A stretch of 64,000 nt of DNA from Methanobacteriota archaeon (GCA_020697715.1 JAEHCO010000001.1:608001-672000); one strand, 5' to 3'; shown: positions 8,476-18,877, numbered from the stretch's first letter. A program made the numbers and translations. The notes: generated by a model from the letters alone, not told the origin.

Positions 8476-11172
8476 ATGACAGACAGTCAGTGGCACTCTC
8501 TATCGGTGGAAGAAACATTCAATAAGCTTGCTTCTTCAAAGGATGGTCTTAATGAGACCGAAGTATCTGGAAGACTGGAAAAGTATGGTCCCAATGAGCT
8601 GACCATGCAAAAGGGCACATCGCCTTTGATAATTTTCCTGAATCAGTTCAAAGACCTGATGGTCATTATTTTGATCATCGCGACCATCATATCAGCAGCA
8701 CTTGGAGAATATATTGATTCTGTTGTTATTTTGATCATTCTGATCTTAAATGCCATCATCGGCTTTTCGCAAGAGTACAAAGCGGAAAAAGCAATCATGG
8801 CACTTCAAGCACTTGCCGCGCCCAATGCCACCGTCATTCGCAATGGCAAAGAGCATATAATCCCTGCAAGAGACTTGGTGGTAGGGGATGTCGTGCTTCT
8901 ACAAACAGGTTACATGGTGCCTGCAGATTGTCGTCTCATAGAGGCTATTAATCTAAAGGTGAACGAATCCTCGCTTACTGGAGAATCCAAAGCAGTTAAC
9001 AAGGATGCGAACAAGATATGTGACAAAAAGACCTTTTTGGGAGACCGACTCAATATGGTATTTAGCTCCACCACAGTGGAGTATGGACGTGGCATGGCGA
9101 TCGTCACCGCGATAGGTATGCAGACCGAGATCGGCCACATTGCGGATATGATACGCAAGGTGGAGTTCGAACAGACGCCCCTTCAGTTGAAATTAGAAAA
9201 ATTGGGAAAGCAAATCGGTGTCGCTATACTGGCATTATGCGCACTCGTATTCTTTGTTGAGATCATCCGCTCTGGTAGTGATAATGTCCTCCATGTTCTT
9301 CTTGTATCTGTGAGCCTGGCAGTAGCAGCGATCCCTGAAGGATTACCCGCTGTTGTTACCATTAGTCTAGCCATAGGCCTTCAAAGGATGTTGAAGAAAC
9401 GGGCTTTGATAAGACGATTACCTGCTGTAGAGACACTAGGTAGCACTACGGTGATATGCTCGGACAAGACTGGTACTTTGACAAAAGGTGTTATGAACAT
9501 CAGACTGATCAAAACTTTAGATAATACATATGATGTAACTGGGGAGGGATATGAGCCTGTGGGTGATTTTGCTTCTGAAGGAATTCAAATAGATCCATCA
9601 GAAGACACAGGATTAAGATCTTTGTTAACGGCAGGAGCTCTGTGTAATGATTCCAAGCTGGAGCAAGAGGATGGCCAGTGGGTGGTTCATGGAGATTCCA
9701 CTGAAGGTGCTTTCATTGTAGCTGCCAATAAAGCAGGCATAAATGGACCGGATATTGTGGAACATATGCCCCGATATGCTGAAAATCCTTTTGATTCAGA
9801 AAGAAAGCGCATGTCAACCGTGCATAAGGACGGATCTGGCAATTGCCTGGTGTACGCCAAGGGAGCGATGGATAGTATATTGCCTTGCTGTACCAGAAAG
9901 ATGGTTGGGGGATCGATCCAGCCTCTTGATGATGCCGATAGAACCCAAATAGAGGAAATGAATGCCAGTATGGCAAATAACGCCTATCGTGTATTGGCTC
10001 TAGCTTACAAAGATTCTGAGTGTATGATAGATACCAAGGATGCCGAATCCAATTTGGTCTTCATTGGTCTTGTTGGCATGATAGATGCTCCAAGGAAAGA
10101 AGCTATCCATGCGATCCAGGAATGTAAGAAAGCTGGTATCCATGTAGTGATGATAACCGGTGACCACAAGCTCACAGCTATGTCCATTGCAAAGCAGATG
10201 GGTATAGCATCCGAGGATTCTATCTCCCTCACAGGTGTCGAACTTGACAATATGTCCGATGAACAATTATATGATGTTGTGGAGAAGGTGGCGGTGTACG
10301 CCAGGGTCTCGCCAGAGCACAAGATGAAGATAATCGAAGCCTGGAAAAAACATGGCCAGATCGTCGCAATGACCGGTGATGGTGTTAATGACGCCCCCGC
10401 TCTGAAATTGGCAGATGTCGGGATCGCGATGGGGATAACAGGGACCGATGTTTCCAAAGAGGCTGCGGAAATGGTCTTGACCGATGATAACTTTGCTTCA
10501 ATAGTTGGTGCGGTGGAAGAGGGGAGAAGATGCTTCGATAATATCCGTAAATTCTTAAAATACACTTTGACATCCAACTCGGGCGAGATATGGGTGATGT
10601 TGATGGGCCCTTTCATAGGCATGCCACTGGCATTGCTTCCATTACAGATATTGTGGATAAATCTGGTGACAGATGGATTACCAGGCCTCGCTCTGGCCTT
10701 CGAGCCTACAGAGCGGGACACAATGAGCCGATCCCCATATCATCCAACAGAGGACATCATAGACAAGAGAATGAAATACCATATACTCTGGGTCGGAATA
10801 TTGATGGGAAGTATATCCCTGGGCGTTGGTTACTATGCTTGGAAGACCGCGGATCCTCTGTGGCAGACGATGATATTCACCACCCTGACTCTATCTCAGA
10901 TGGGTCATGTAATGGCAATTCGTTCCGGTCGTGAATCATTATTCACCGTAGGTGTGTTCTCTAACATGAAGCTAATAGCAGCAGTTTCATTGACCTTCGT
11001 ACTTCAATTGATGGTCATATACATGCCTTTCATGCAGGAGATATTCAAGACCATCGCTCTACCCATTGATGTCCTGATCTATTGTCTGGCTCTGAGTACG
11101 GTAGTGTTCTGGGGTGTGGAATTGGAAAAATGGATATATCGAAGAAGGGCTAGATCTTCAGAGCAGGGCTAA
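8476..11172 (+). CDS. Cation (probably Ca2+)-transporting P-type ATPase, type II
   Basis: LTGES, IPEGLP, DKTGTLT phosphorylation site, MITGD, MTGDGVNDAPAL, INLVTDG. Confidence 0.95.
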   Translation: MTDSQWHSLSVEETFNKLASSKDGLNETEVSGRLEKYGPNELTMQKGTSPLIIFLNQFKDLMVIILIIATIISAALGEYIDSVVILIILILNAIIGFSQEYKAEKAIMALQALAAPNATVIRNGKEHIIPARDLVVGDVVLLQTGYMVPADCRLIEAINLKVNESSLTGESKAVNKDANKICDKKTFLGDRLNMVFSSTTVEYGRGMAIVTAIGMQTEIGHIADMIRKVEFEQTPLQLKLEKLGKQIGVAILALCALVFFVEIIRSGSDNVLHVLLVSVSLAVAAIPEGLPAVVTISLAIGLQRMLKKRALIRRLPAVETLGSTTVICSDKTGTLTKGVMNIRLIKTLDNTYDVTGEGYEPVGDFASEGIQIDPSEDTGLRSLLTAGALCNDSKLEQEDGQWVVHGDSTEGAFIVAANKAGINGPDIVEHMPRYAENPFDSERKRMSTVHKDGSGNCLVYAKGAMDSILPCCTRKMVGGSIQPLDDADRTQIEEMNASMANNAYRVLALAYKDSECMIDTKDAESNLVFIGLVGMIDAPRKEAIHAIQECKKAGIHVVMITGDHKLTAMSIAKQMGIASEDSISLTGVELDNMSDEQLYDVVEKVAVYARVSPEHKMKIIEAWKKHGQIVAMTGDGVNDAPALKLADVGIAMGITGTDVSKEAAEMVLTDDNFASIVGAVEEGRRCFDNIRKFLKYTLTSNSGEIWVMLMGPFIGMPLALLPLQILWINLVTDGLPGLALAFEPTERDTMSRSPYHPTEDIIDKRMKYHILWVGILMGSISLGVGYYAWKTADPLWQTMIFTTLTLSQMGHVMAIRSGRESLFTVGVFSNMKLIAAVSLTFVLQLMVIYMPFMQEIFKTIALPIDVLIYCLALSTVVFWGVELEKWIYRRRARSSEQG

Positions 11173-11272
11173 ATCAAATAACTTATATCTGATAACATTC
11201 TCCGTAGTTGCGCACATATGGAATGCACATATGCAAGTATGAGCTTCAGGTGTGTGATCAGGAGACTGAACC

Positions 11273-12553
11273 ATGCTGGACATAAAGTTGATCAGGGATA
11301 ACCCGGACATCATCAGGGCTGACCTTCGCAAGCGAAAGGATGAGGATAAATTGCAGGTTCTCGAGGACATTCTGGCGGATGATGCCAAATGGCGAGAATC
11401 AAATATCAAGGCTGATGAGCTCAAAGCCAGCCGTAATAAAATATCCAAGGAGATCGCCAGCATCAAGAAAGCTGGCGGTGATGCCTCTAAACAACTTGAC
11501 CAAATGAAGGACATCAATGATGAGATCCAAAAGCTGGATGAGGATACCAGATATTTGAAAGATTCAGTTGACAGCAAGAAAATGATCTTGCCTAACATTC
11601 TCCATGAGAGCGTGCCAGTGGGCGAGGATGATCAAAAGAATGTCGAGCTCAAGAAGTGGGGACAGCCCCCGGAATTCGATTTCGACCTGAAACCACATGC
11701 GGAATTGGCCGAAGATCTCGGTATCGCGGACTTCGACCGCGCCGGCAGGGTTTCCGGCGCGGGTTTCAATTACCTCATGGGCGACCTGGCCTATCTCGAC
11801 CTGGCCATCATAAATTTCGCAGCCGAGTTCATGATCGGTAAGGGCTACACACTTGTTGAACCGCCTTTCATGCTCAAGCGCAAACCGTACGAAGGCGTGA
11901 CCGATATGGGCGACTTTGAGGATGTGATGTACAAGATAGAGGGCGAAGACCTGTATCTCATTGCCACTTCCGAGCACCCGATGGCCGCCATGTTCCAGGG
12001 TGAGATAATGGATGAGGAAAAAATGCCCATGAAACTGGTCGGTTTCTCGCCATGCTTCAGGAAGGAGATCGGAGCACATGGCGTGGATACAAAGGGATTA
12101 TTCCGCATGCACCAGTTCAACAAGATAGAACAATTTATATTTTGCAAACCGGAAGATTCCTGGAAGTATCATGAGGAGCTCCTGGCAAACACCGAGGAAA
12201 TGTACCAATTACTTGGGATCCCATACCGCGTGGTCAATGTCTGCACCGGAGATATTGGCAACCTGGCAGCTAAAAAGTACGATATCGAGGCATGGTTCCC
12301 GAGACAAGACAAATATGGCGAGGTCGCATCATGCTCCAATTGTACAGATTACCAGGCCAGGCGACTTGGAATTAGAATGGGCAAGGTCGGCGGCAAGGAT
12401 AAGAAATCCATCCCACACACATTGAACAACACCGCACTGGCCACCTCCCGAACCATGGTGGCCATTCTGGAGAACTACCAGAACGTGGATGGTACAGTTA
12501 CCATCCCCGAGGTCTTGCGCAAGTACATGGGCGGGAAAGAGCTTATTCAATAA
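11273..12553 (+). CDS. serS: Serine--tRNA ligase
   Basis: N-terminal coiled coil, LIATSEHP, FRKEIGAHG...GLFRMHQFNKIEQF, SCSNCTDYQARRL, HTLNNT. Confidence 0.97.
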   Translation: MLDIKLIRDNPDIIRADLRKRKDEDKLQVLEDILADDAKWRESNIKADELKASRNKISKEIASIKKAGGDASKQLDQMKDINDEIQKLDEDTRYLKDSVDSKKMILPNILHESVPVGEDDQKNVELKKWGQPPEFDFDLKPHAELAEDLGIADFDRAGRVSGAGFNYLMGDLAYLDLAIINFAAEFMIGKGYTLVEPPFMLKRKPYEGVTDMGDFEDVMYKIEGEDLYLIATSEHPMAAMFQGEIMDEEKMPMKLVGFSPCFRKEIGAHGVDTKGLFRMHQFNKIEQFIFCKPEDSWKYHEELLANTEEMYQLLGIPYRVVNVCTGDIGNLAAKKYDIEAWFPRQDKYGEVASCSNCTDYQARRLGIRMGKVGGKDKKSIPHTLNNTALATSRTMVAILENYQNVDGTVTIPEVLRKYMGGKELIQ

Positions 12554-12570
12554 TCATGCAAAGCGATGAT

Positions 12571-12691
12571 CATGCGAACATGCCCCGTCTGATTGAACCG
12601 ATAGAACCAAGGAGGGCGGGGTACTATATTCAATGAGTATGCGGGTGACAGTTCTCTATTCGAAACCCCGTCCAAAGGGCGGGGAGGTCCA
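12571..12691 (+). mobile_element. Putative non-autonomous IS200/IS605-derived element, family B copy 1
   Basis: Left hairpin GCCCCGTC...GGCGGGGT and right hairpin GAAACCCCGTCC-AAA-GGGCGGGGAGG; homologous to 56278..56458; no ORF. Confidence 0.6.
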
Positions 12692-12786
12692 TCTCTCTAA
12701 AATTCTAAACACGATGAGCAGGTTTCTTCTCCAAACTACCGAAACCCACATATAATTCATAGACGGTATACGGGGTCGGTGTTAAT

Positions 12787-14127
12787 ATGCCCGTATGCCC
12801 GCTTGAATTCAGATATGGCCGAGAAGAGATGAAGAGGATTTTCGATGAAGAAGTACGTCTGCAGCTGATGCTGGATGTCGAGGCAGCTATTGCCAGGGCC
12901 CACGCGAAGGTGGGGAATATCGACAAAGAGCACGCGGACATCATCACCCAAAAGGCCAATAGCCAGATAGTGAAATTAGAGCGTGTTTGGGAGATCGAGA
13001 AGGACACCAACCACGACATAATGGCCATGGTCAAAGCACTCACGGAACAATGCGGGCCAGCAGGGGACTATGTCCATCTGGGAGCCACCTCCAATGACAT
13101 CGTGGATACGGTCACAGCGCTGCAGTTCAACAAGGCCATAGAGATGATCATCGACGATCTGATGATACTGGAGCATACGATGATCGACCTAGCGGAAGAA
13201 CACAAGCACACGGTCATGGTCGGTAGGACCCATGGCCAGTTCGCCATACCACTGACATTCGGAATGAAGATCGCGGCCTATGCCCTGGAGACACATAGGC
13301 ATCTCCAGCGTTTGGAGGAAGCCAGATCCCGGATCTGCGTCGGGAAATTGAGTGGCGCGGTGGGCACAGGAGCGGCATTGGGCGAGCATGCGAAGGATCT
13401 GCAAACTATAACCATGGAGGAACTTGGACTCGGATATGAAGAGGCCAGTCTTCAGTTAGTGGGCAGGGACAGGTATGTGGAATTTATCTCGATATTGGCA
13501 AATATCTCGGCCTCTCTAGAAAAATTCTCGGTGGAGATCAGAAATCTCCAACGCAGTGAGATAGGCGAGGTTGCCGAGGCTTTCGATAAAGCCAAACAGG
13601 TCGGTAGCTCCACCATGGCGCATAAGAAGAACCCGATCATGTGCGAGAACATCACTGGATTGGCAAGGGTCCAGCGAGCTTTCATAATTCCGACATTGGA
13701 AAATTCACCACTTTGGCATGAGCGAGATCTATCAAATTCATCTGCCGAGCGTTTTACATTGGGCCACAGCTGTGTGCTGGTGGATGACATGCTGGTGAAG
13801 ATGAACAAGGTCTTCGCCAATCTCGCGGTCTTCCCCGAGAAAATGAAAAAGAATATCGAGATGAGCAAGGGCTTGATCATGGCTGAAGCCCTGATGATGG
13901 CTCTGGTGAAGAAAGGAATAGGCCGCCAGGACGCGCATGAAGTAACTCGCCGAATATCCATGAAATGCATTGACGAGGGGCATGATATTCGAACCGGCGC
14001 GATGCAGGATGAGATCATATCCGATCTATGGACACCGGAAGAACTGGACGTCATACTGGACGCGGCCAATTACACCGGAAGGGCAGCGGAGATCGTTGAT
14101 GATGTCGCGGACATCATCAACGGATAG
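12787..14127 (+). CDS. purB: Adenylosuccinate lyase
   Basis: HLGATSNDI, MVGRTHGQ, GSSTMAHKKNP signature, WHERDLSNSS. Confidence 0.97.
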   Translation: MPVCPLEFRYGREEMKRIFDEEVRLQLMLDVEAAIARAHAKVGNIDKEHADIITQKANSQIVKLERVWEIEKDTNHDIMAMVKALTEQCGPAGDYVHLGATSNDIVDTVTALQFNKAIEMIIDDLMILEHTMIDLAEEHKHTVMVGRTHGQFAIPLTFGMKIAAYALETHRHLQRLEEARSRICVGKLSGAVGTGAALGEHAKDLQTITMEELGLGYEEASLQLVGRDRYVEFISILANISASLEKFSVEIRNLQRSEIGEVAEAFDKAKQVGSSTMAHKKNPIMCENITGLARVQRAFIIPTLENSPLWHERDLSNSSAERFTLGHSCVLVDDMLVKMNKVFANLAVFPEKMKKNIEMSKGLIMAEALMMALVKKGIGRQDAHEVTRRISMKCIDEGHDIRTGAMQDEIISDLWTPEELDVILDAANYTGRAAEIVDDVADIING

Positions 14128-14144
14128 ACTAGTGATAGACTAGT
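14123..14144. repeat. 11-bp tandem duplication spanning the purB stop codon
   Basis: GATAGACTAGT x2. Confidence 0.7.
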
Positions 14145-14155
14145 ACTGCATTGGT

Positions 14156-14170
14156 AAAAGTTTATATCCA
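14156..14170 (+). promoter_or_regulatory. BRE/TATA-like promoter for tRNA-Ala
   Basis: AAAAG-TTTATATCC about 35-45 nt upstream of the tRNA. Confidence 0.55.
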
Positions 14171-14202
14171 TATCTTTATTCCTAGTTCTATCTAAACTGA
14201 TT

Positions 14203-14276
14203 GGGCACATAGATCAGCTCGGAAGATCGCTGCCTTCGCAAGGCAGAGGCCGCGGGTTCAAATCCCGCTGTGTCCA
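14203..14276 (+). tRNA. tRNA-Ala (anticodon CGC), intronless
   Basis: GGGCACA/TGTGTCC acceptor stem with G3:U70, anticodon arm CTGCC-TTCGCAA-GGCAG, GGTTCAAATCC T-arm, followed by T-run. Confidence 0.97.
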
Positions 14277-17200
14277 TTTTTTTTCTTCCCCTTCTTTCTC
14301 CCCAATAAGACAAATGTGGCCACTACCATGGCAATGGCCAATCCCACGAGCATGATGATGAAGAATTGATTGTCGGTCTCTGTCGTCGTAATAGGCAGGT
14401 CGTCAGTCTCTGTCGGGGTGGGGTAAACAGATAGATCGACGGGCAATACTGTCAATGAGATCTGATGCTGTCCATCCAAGAATCCGTCCATGGAGGCATT
14501 TATAGAGACTATACATTCCTCAGTGTGATTCACTTCGGTGGCGGTTATCCTCAGTTTGAGATAGCCCTGGGAATTCGTGGTTCCGTTTGGAGGGTCTATG
14601 ATCATCCGCGCACCATCGAGCTCGACCATGACAAACGCGCCGGCAACGAGGCTCCCATGCGGGTCGGTGACCTGGATGTGGATGTCCGTGTACCCCGCCT
14701 GGCTGGGGGAGAGCCAGTCCTCTATCACATCCGTATCTGGATTGGCCTCGACATAGAGAACGGCGTAATTCTCCGGGTATACCCGTATTTCCGATTCCTT
14801 ACCCTCGGCATCCTGGTAGCCGTCTTTTGATACGGACAATATGGATACCGTCACGGATGTTCCGTTGGTCGAGTTCTCCCCGGGAGGGACATCGGGCGCG
14901 ATGAAGGATGTGGTGAAGTAACCCTGCCCATCTGTAAATCCGGTGTATGCGGACAGATTTCCTGACGAGGACTCCATGGTGACAAGTGCGTGGCTGATGT
15001 ATTGGCGGTCCTGGTTGGTCACCCTCACTTTCACCTGGGACGTGGAATTCGATATGGTTTGAATAGGTATCGTGGTGAAGCGGGCATTCAGCCAGTCCTT
15101 ATCAGGAGGCCTTATGCTGGCTATGGTGCTGGGGTTCAGAAGAGAACCGGAGCCATCGTCGACATAGCCCAAGAAGGTATCGGACCTGTGAACCTCGTAT
15201 TTGTACTGATAATAGAGATGCTCCTTCGGTAGATCATATGCCAGGGCGGTGACCGCGTCCTGGACAAGCTGAACTTCCGCACCCCGGTCAATTGTGAACA
15301 TGGCTTCCTCTATCAACCGGTCATACGATGCATTCTGATATCCGTAGATGTTTAGACCATCCTTTATATTATCAGAATGGAAAGAGCTGAAGAAAAAGTT
15401 TTCAGGTCTTTTCAGGTACATGCTCGGGAATCCCTCCTCTTCGACACCGGAAGAACCACCCCGGGTTCCGGATTTGGTAAAGAAACCCCAGATTTTTGAT
15501 TCTCTCTGGGAAAACGTATCATTCACAATGACATACCAGGAGTAATAAGTGGAGGGTTTAAGATCCGGCCACGAGACAAGAGCTTGAACACCCTCATCGG
15601 TGTCCCAAAAGATTATGTCAGTATCTATTACATTGTTGGTCGAAGCATCATAAAATGTGACAGTTATAGGGTCTCCGTCAGGATCCGATACAAAAACGCG
15701 TAAACGTGCTCGATCTGGATCGACACGATTCTCCCCGTCTTTCGGAAAAGGACTACTGTCATAGGTGGTGGAGTATAGAATAATTCTGGGCGGGTCATTA
15801 TATAAATAGGGGTGATAAACGGGTACAGTCTGTATCTGGGAGGGGGTTTCATATTCCTGTGCCACAATGCACATATCGAATTCCTCGGCGAAGATCCTTG
15901 CCCATAATCCACCAATTCCCATTGGAACAAGCTCTATGTTGATCCCGACTTTAATCATCTCTTGGGTCACCATGGTGCCGATCTGGAACATCAATGGATC
16001 GATTTCTTGCTCGGAAATAAGCAACTGGATCGTGCCGCCAGGGCCACTGCCTATGGTGGTGCCATCCGGATTGAGCCACCAATTGCCATTTCCTGGAGGT
16101 AATGATGGGTTTTCCAGCAGATACCCTGCTTTTTCCAGAATACTCACTGCTTCGTAGGGGTCGAAAGCATATCGTGGAGCATAGGTATTTTTCCAATCAT
16201 AGAACAAGCCGATGCTTTCTCCGTCGGAGGCGAGATCCCCGATAGAATCTATTGTCTCGTCATCCACACAATGGGCGATGGCCCTTCTGAGGGGCTTTCC
16301 GTGATCAATACCTGATGCTGGCCATTCCATCAGATCGTATCCAAATGACTTCCTTCTCATATTGTATATAACATCGACCATCACCGCACCTTTCAGATAA
16401 TTGAACTCCAGATCGGGATTACTCGAAAACTGATTGAGATCTGACTGAGGCATTGTCCATCCTATGTGATCGAGATTGTTATTTTCCAAGTCTATTATAG
16501 CTTGATCTCGGTTATCATAGAACCTGAAAGATATCTCATCGATAGTAGGTTGGGATGCGAAGATATCATACTTGTATCCGGGTTTGTAAAAATGCTCCCT
16601 CCACGTGACTAAAGTTAACCGGTCATCCTCCATCCCCATCCACTTGAAAGGGCCGCTCCCGATGGGCTGATTATTGCTCCAAGATACAGCAAGTGATGGT
16701 TTCCAGGCAGAGCCATTCAAGGAACCGTCATAACCTTCATCATACCAGATCTTTTCCTCATCTTCCTCCTGGTTGGATATCTCGCTCCCCCAAATGTGAT
16801 AGGGTAGGATAGGTAATGAGAGATAATGCAAGAAAACACTGTAATGCGGTTTCTGCAAAACGAATTTCAACGCGGCCTTGGATGAGTCCTCCGATTCCCA
16901 GACTATGTCGATTGACAGCCATTGAGTATCGGAATAGTTATTTTCATCTATCAGCGGATGTCCAAGAGACGAGTATTGGGAAGTTGCCTGGGCATGGAAG
17001 GAGAACATTATATCACGTATGCTCATCTGCACATCATCATGCCAGTACACGTTCTCAAAATCATAGAATATGATAATCTCCGGCTTGCTCTGATTCTCCC
17101 AGAGGATCTTTCTGTTGTAGCCGAAATTGTCCACAGTGCAATCCTCCCAGGTTATGCTTGAAGAATTGCGGGACTCATTAGCAGAGCCCACTGCTATATA

Positions 17201-17446
17201 CGGATCAAGGCGGTTGGTTTCCTGATTGTATTTTATGGCTCCCTCGTAAACGAGACCGAGCACTTTCCCGCTGACCTTGTCGTCCACGAGAGGATTGGTA
17301 TTATATATTTGATTAATGGCGCAGCGGAAGGTAATAGGGGCATCATTGTCTTGGTCAAGATCGTCTTCCTGGCCGACACCTATTTGAAAGCCAGATAGCA
17401 AAACCGCCAATATGATGAAAGTGCAGGTCACCTTTCGTAGCCACAT
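14258..17446 (-). CDS. Large membrane-anchored family-5 (Opp/Dpp-type) solute-binding protein with internal and C-terminal Ig-like domains
   Basis: Signal peptide, WHDDVQMSIRDIMFSF, PIGSGPFKW, LRRAIAH, C-terminal TM plus basic tail; paralogue of 18984..22040. Confidence 0.8.
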   Translation of the reverse strand: MWLRKVTCTFIILAVLLSGFQIGVGQEDDLDQDNDAPITFRCAINQIYNTNPLVDDKVSGKVLGLVYEGAIKYNQETNRLDPYIAVGSANESRNSSSITWEDCTVDNFGYNRKILWENQSKPEIIIFYDFENVYWHDDVQMSIRDIMFSFHAQATSQYSSLGHPLIDENNYSDTQWLSIDIVWESEDSSKAALKFVLQKPHYSVFLHYLSLPILPYHIWGSEISNQEEDEEKIWYDEGYDGSLNGSAWKPSLAVSWSNNQPIGSGPFKWMGMEDDRLTLVTWREHFYKPGYKYDIFASQPTIDEISFRFYDNRDQAIIDLENNNLDHIGWTMPQSDLNQFSSNPDLEFNYLKGAVMVDVIYNMRRKSFGYDLMEWPASGIDHGKPLRRAIAHCVDDETIDSIGDLASDGESIGLFYDWKNTYAPRYAFDPYEAVSILEKAGYLLENPSLPPGNGNWWLNPDGTTIGSGPGGTIQLLISEQEIDPLMFQIGTMVTQEMIKVGINIELVPMGIGGLWARIFAEEFDMCIVAQEYETPSQIQTVPVYHPYLYNDPPRIILYSTTYDSSPFPKDGENRVDPDRARLRVFVSDPDGDPITVTFYDASTNNVIDTDIIFWDTDEGVQALVSWPDLKPSTYYSWYVIVNDTFSQRESKIWGFFTKSGTRGGSSGVEEEGFPSMYLKRPENFFFSSFHSDNIKDGLNIYGYQNASYDRLIEEAMFTIDRGAEVQLVQDAVTALAYDLPKEHLYYQYKYEVHRSDTFLGYVDDGSGSLLNPSTIASIRPPDKDWLNARFTTIPIQTISNSTSQVKVRVTNQDRQYISHALVTMESSSGNLSAYTGFTDGQGYFTTSFIAPDVPPGENSTNGTSVTVSILSVSKDGYQDAEGKESEIRVYPENYAVLYVEANPDTDVIEDWLSPSQAGYTDIHIQVTDPHGSLVAGAFVMVELDGARMIIDPPNGTTNSQGYLKLRITATEVNHTEECIVSINASMDGFLDGQHQISLTVLPVDLSVYPTPTETDDLPITTTETDNQFFIIMLVGLAIAMVVATFVLLGRKKGKKKNGHSGI

Positions 17447-17569
17447 AGTTGGGCTAAATGAAATATGATAGATAAACATATTGCATGTTGTAGAACATGA
17501 CATACAATAGCCATCATGTCCAGAAATGTTTATAATAGAGTGGTCGATTCAAATGTGGGTACATCATAC

Positions 17570-18877
17570 ATGACACTGGGTAAGACAAAACATAAAAATT
17601 TAACGAATTTCCTGCCGATCACTTTGGGAATTCTCATTGTCATGATCCTGCTCATTCAGATCCCCGCAGCATCAGCCCAGACCGCGAGCCCGTTTATAGC
17701 CAGGGAACAATATGAAAGGATCCCATTTCCTGCCGGAGCCCTTGTCATTCCGATGGATGAGAAGCAGAATGACATCATAAAGAGCTTCGGACTGGTCCAC
17801 GCACTTCTGAGAAATGATACACCGTGCTATAGGCTTATAGGTCCACCTGACTCGATAATTCAAACCGAGGAATTTCCCACGGGTGCCAATTACTCTGGGG
17901 GCCCCATAATTCTCATAGGTCACGATGCCTTGCTGGTGGCGGATGTGATGGGTAAATTCCCCAGCGTGACTTTGCACACTGTCACTTCCGTGTTCATTTC
18001 GGATCGTGTGTACATTATCGAGAGGGCGACAAATATCCTGGTGGTTGGCAGAGAAGATGAGGATTATATGCAACACAGCTTTTCAAAACAACTTCTCCAG
18101 GAAATGATGATCCCATACGAATCCAAGCAAATATGGCATCTGGATCCGGATGTGGACTTGTTCAATTATGATCTGATAATCATAGAAAATCCGGGAGCCA
18201 ATGGAGATATGAACCGCGATCTCCAGATGGGAATAAAGACTGCGACGGACAATGGAAAGAATTTTGTTTTCATAGGAAAAGCAATGAGGGACCTACCATC
18301 GATATTCCCCGGTTGCTTCGGTGTGATGGCACTTAATGAGAATATGGAGTTCACCGCACAGTTCAATCATACGGGTGAATCGCCCGCACAGTATGCTGGC
18401 CCCACTACCATGAATGTCACTACAAGCAATGTTGTGGCCGTAACCCCTGGATCTGTGGAACTTAAACCCCTGGTATACGCGGATGCCAATGGAAGCCAAA
18501 TACTATTCGCTTCATATTTCAGATATGGAAAAGGCATGATCGAGACCTTTTCCTTTGATCCTGAGGATCAGTTGATGGTGGACAAGAATATGTACGATCT
18601 TGCCTGCATATTCTATGGCAATGGATTAGTTCAGGCTCCACCCGCACCATTGGTACCACCACTCCCAATGGCGCCATCTGGAATGCCGATCCCTACTCCC
18701 GCATTGCCGCCGCCACCGCCGCCACCACCGCCACCACCGCCAAGCGTACCGATGGCAACAGCCATCCCAGCACATTATCTATTCGCGGGTTTTGCTGGCC
18801 TTGCTTTGGGTGATAGGATGAAGAACAAGAGCAAAACGAAGACCGCTGTAAGGCAGAAGATCAAGATCAGTACATGA
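17570..18877 (+). CDS. Secreted/surface protein of unknown function with polyproline linker and C-terminal hydrophobic anchor
   Basis: Signal peptide ending ASA-Q, FPAGALVIPMD motif, 12 consecutive Pro, hydrophobic stretch then Lys-rich tail. Confidence 0.75.
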   Translation: MTLGKTKHKNLTNFLPITLGILIVMILLIQIPAASAQTASPFIAREQYERIPFPAGALVIPMDEKQNDIIKSFGLVHALLRNDTPCYRLIGPPDSIIQTEEFPTGANYSGGPIILIGHDALLVADVMGKFPSVTLHTVTSVFISDRVYIIERATNILVVGREDEDYMQHSFSKQLLQEMMIPYESKQIWHLDPDVDLFNYDLIIIENPGANGDMNRDLQMGIKTATDNGKNFVFIGKAMRDLPSIFPGCFGVMALNENMEFTAQFNHTGESPAQYAGPTTMNVTTSNVVAVTPGSVELKPLVYADANGSQILFASYFRYGKGMIETFSFDPEDQLMVDKNMYDLACIFYGNGLVQAPPAPLVPPLPMAPSGMPIPTPALPPPPPPPPPPPPSVPMATAIPAHYLFAGFAGLALGDRMKNKSKTKTAVRQKIKIST

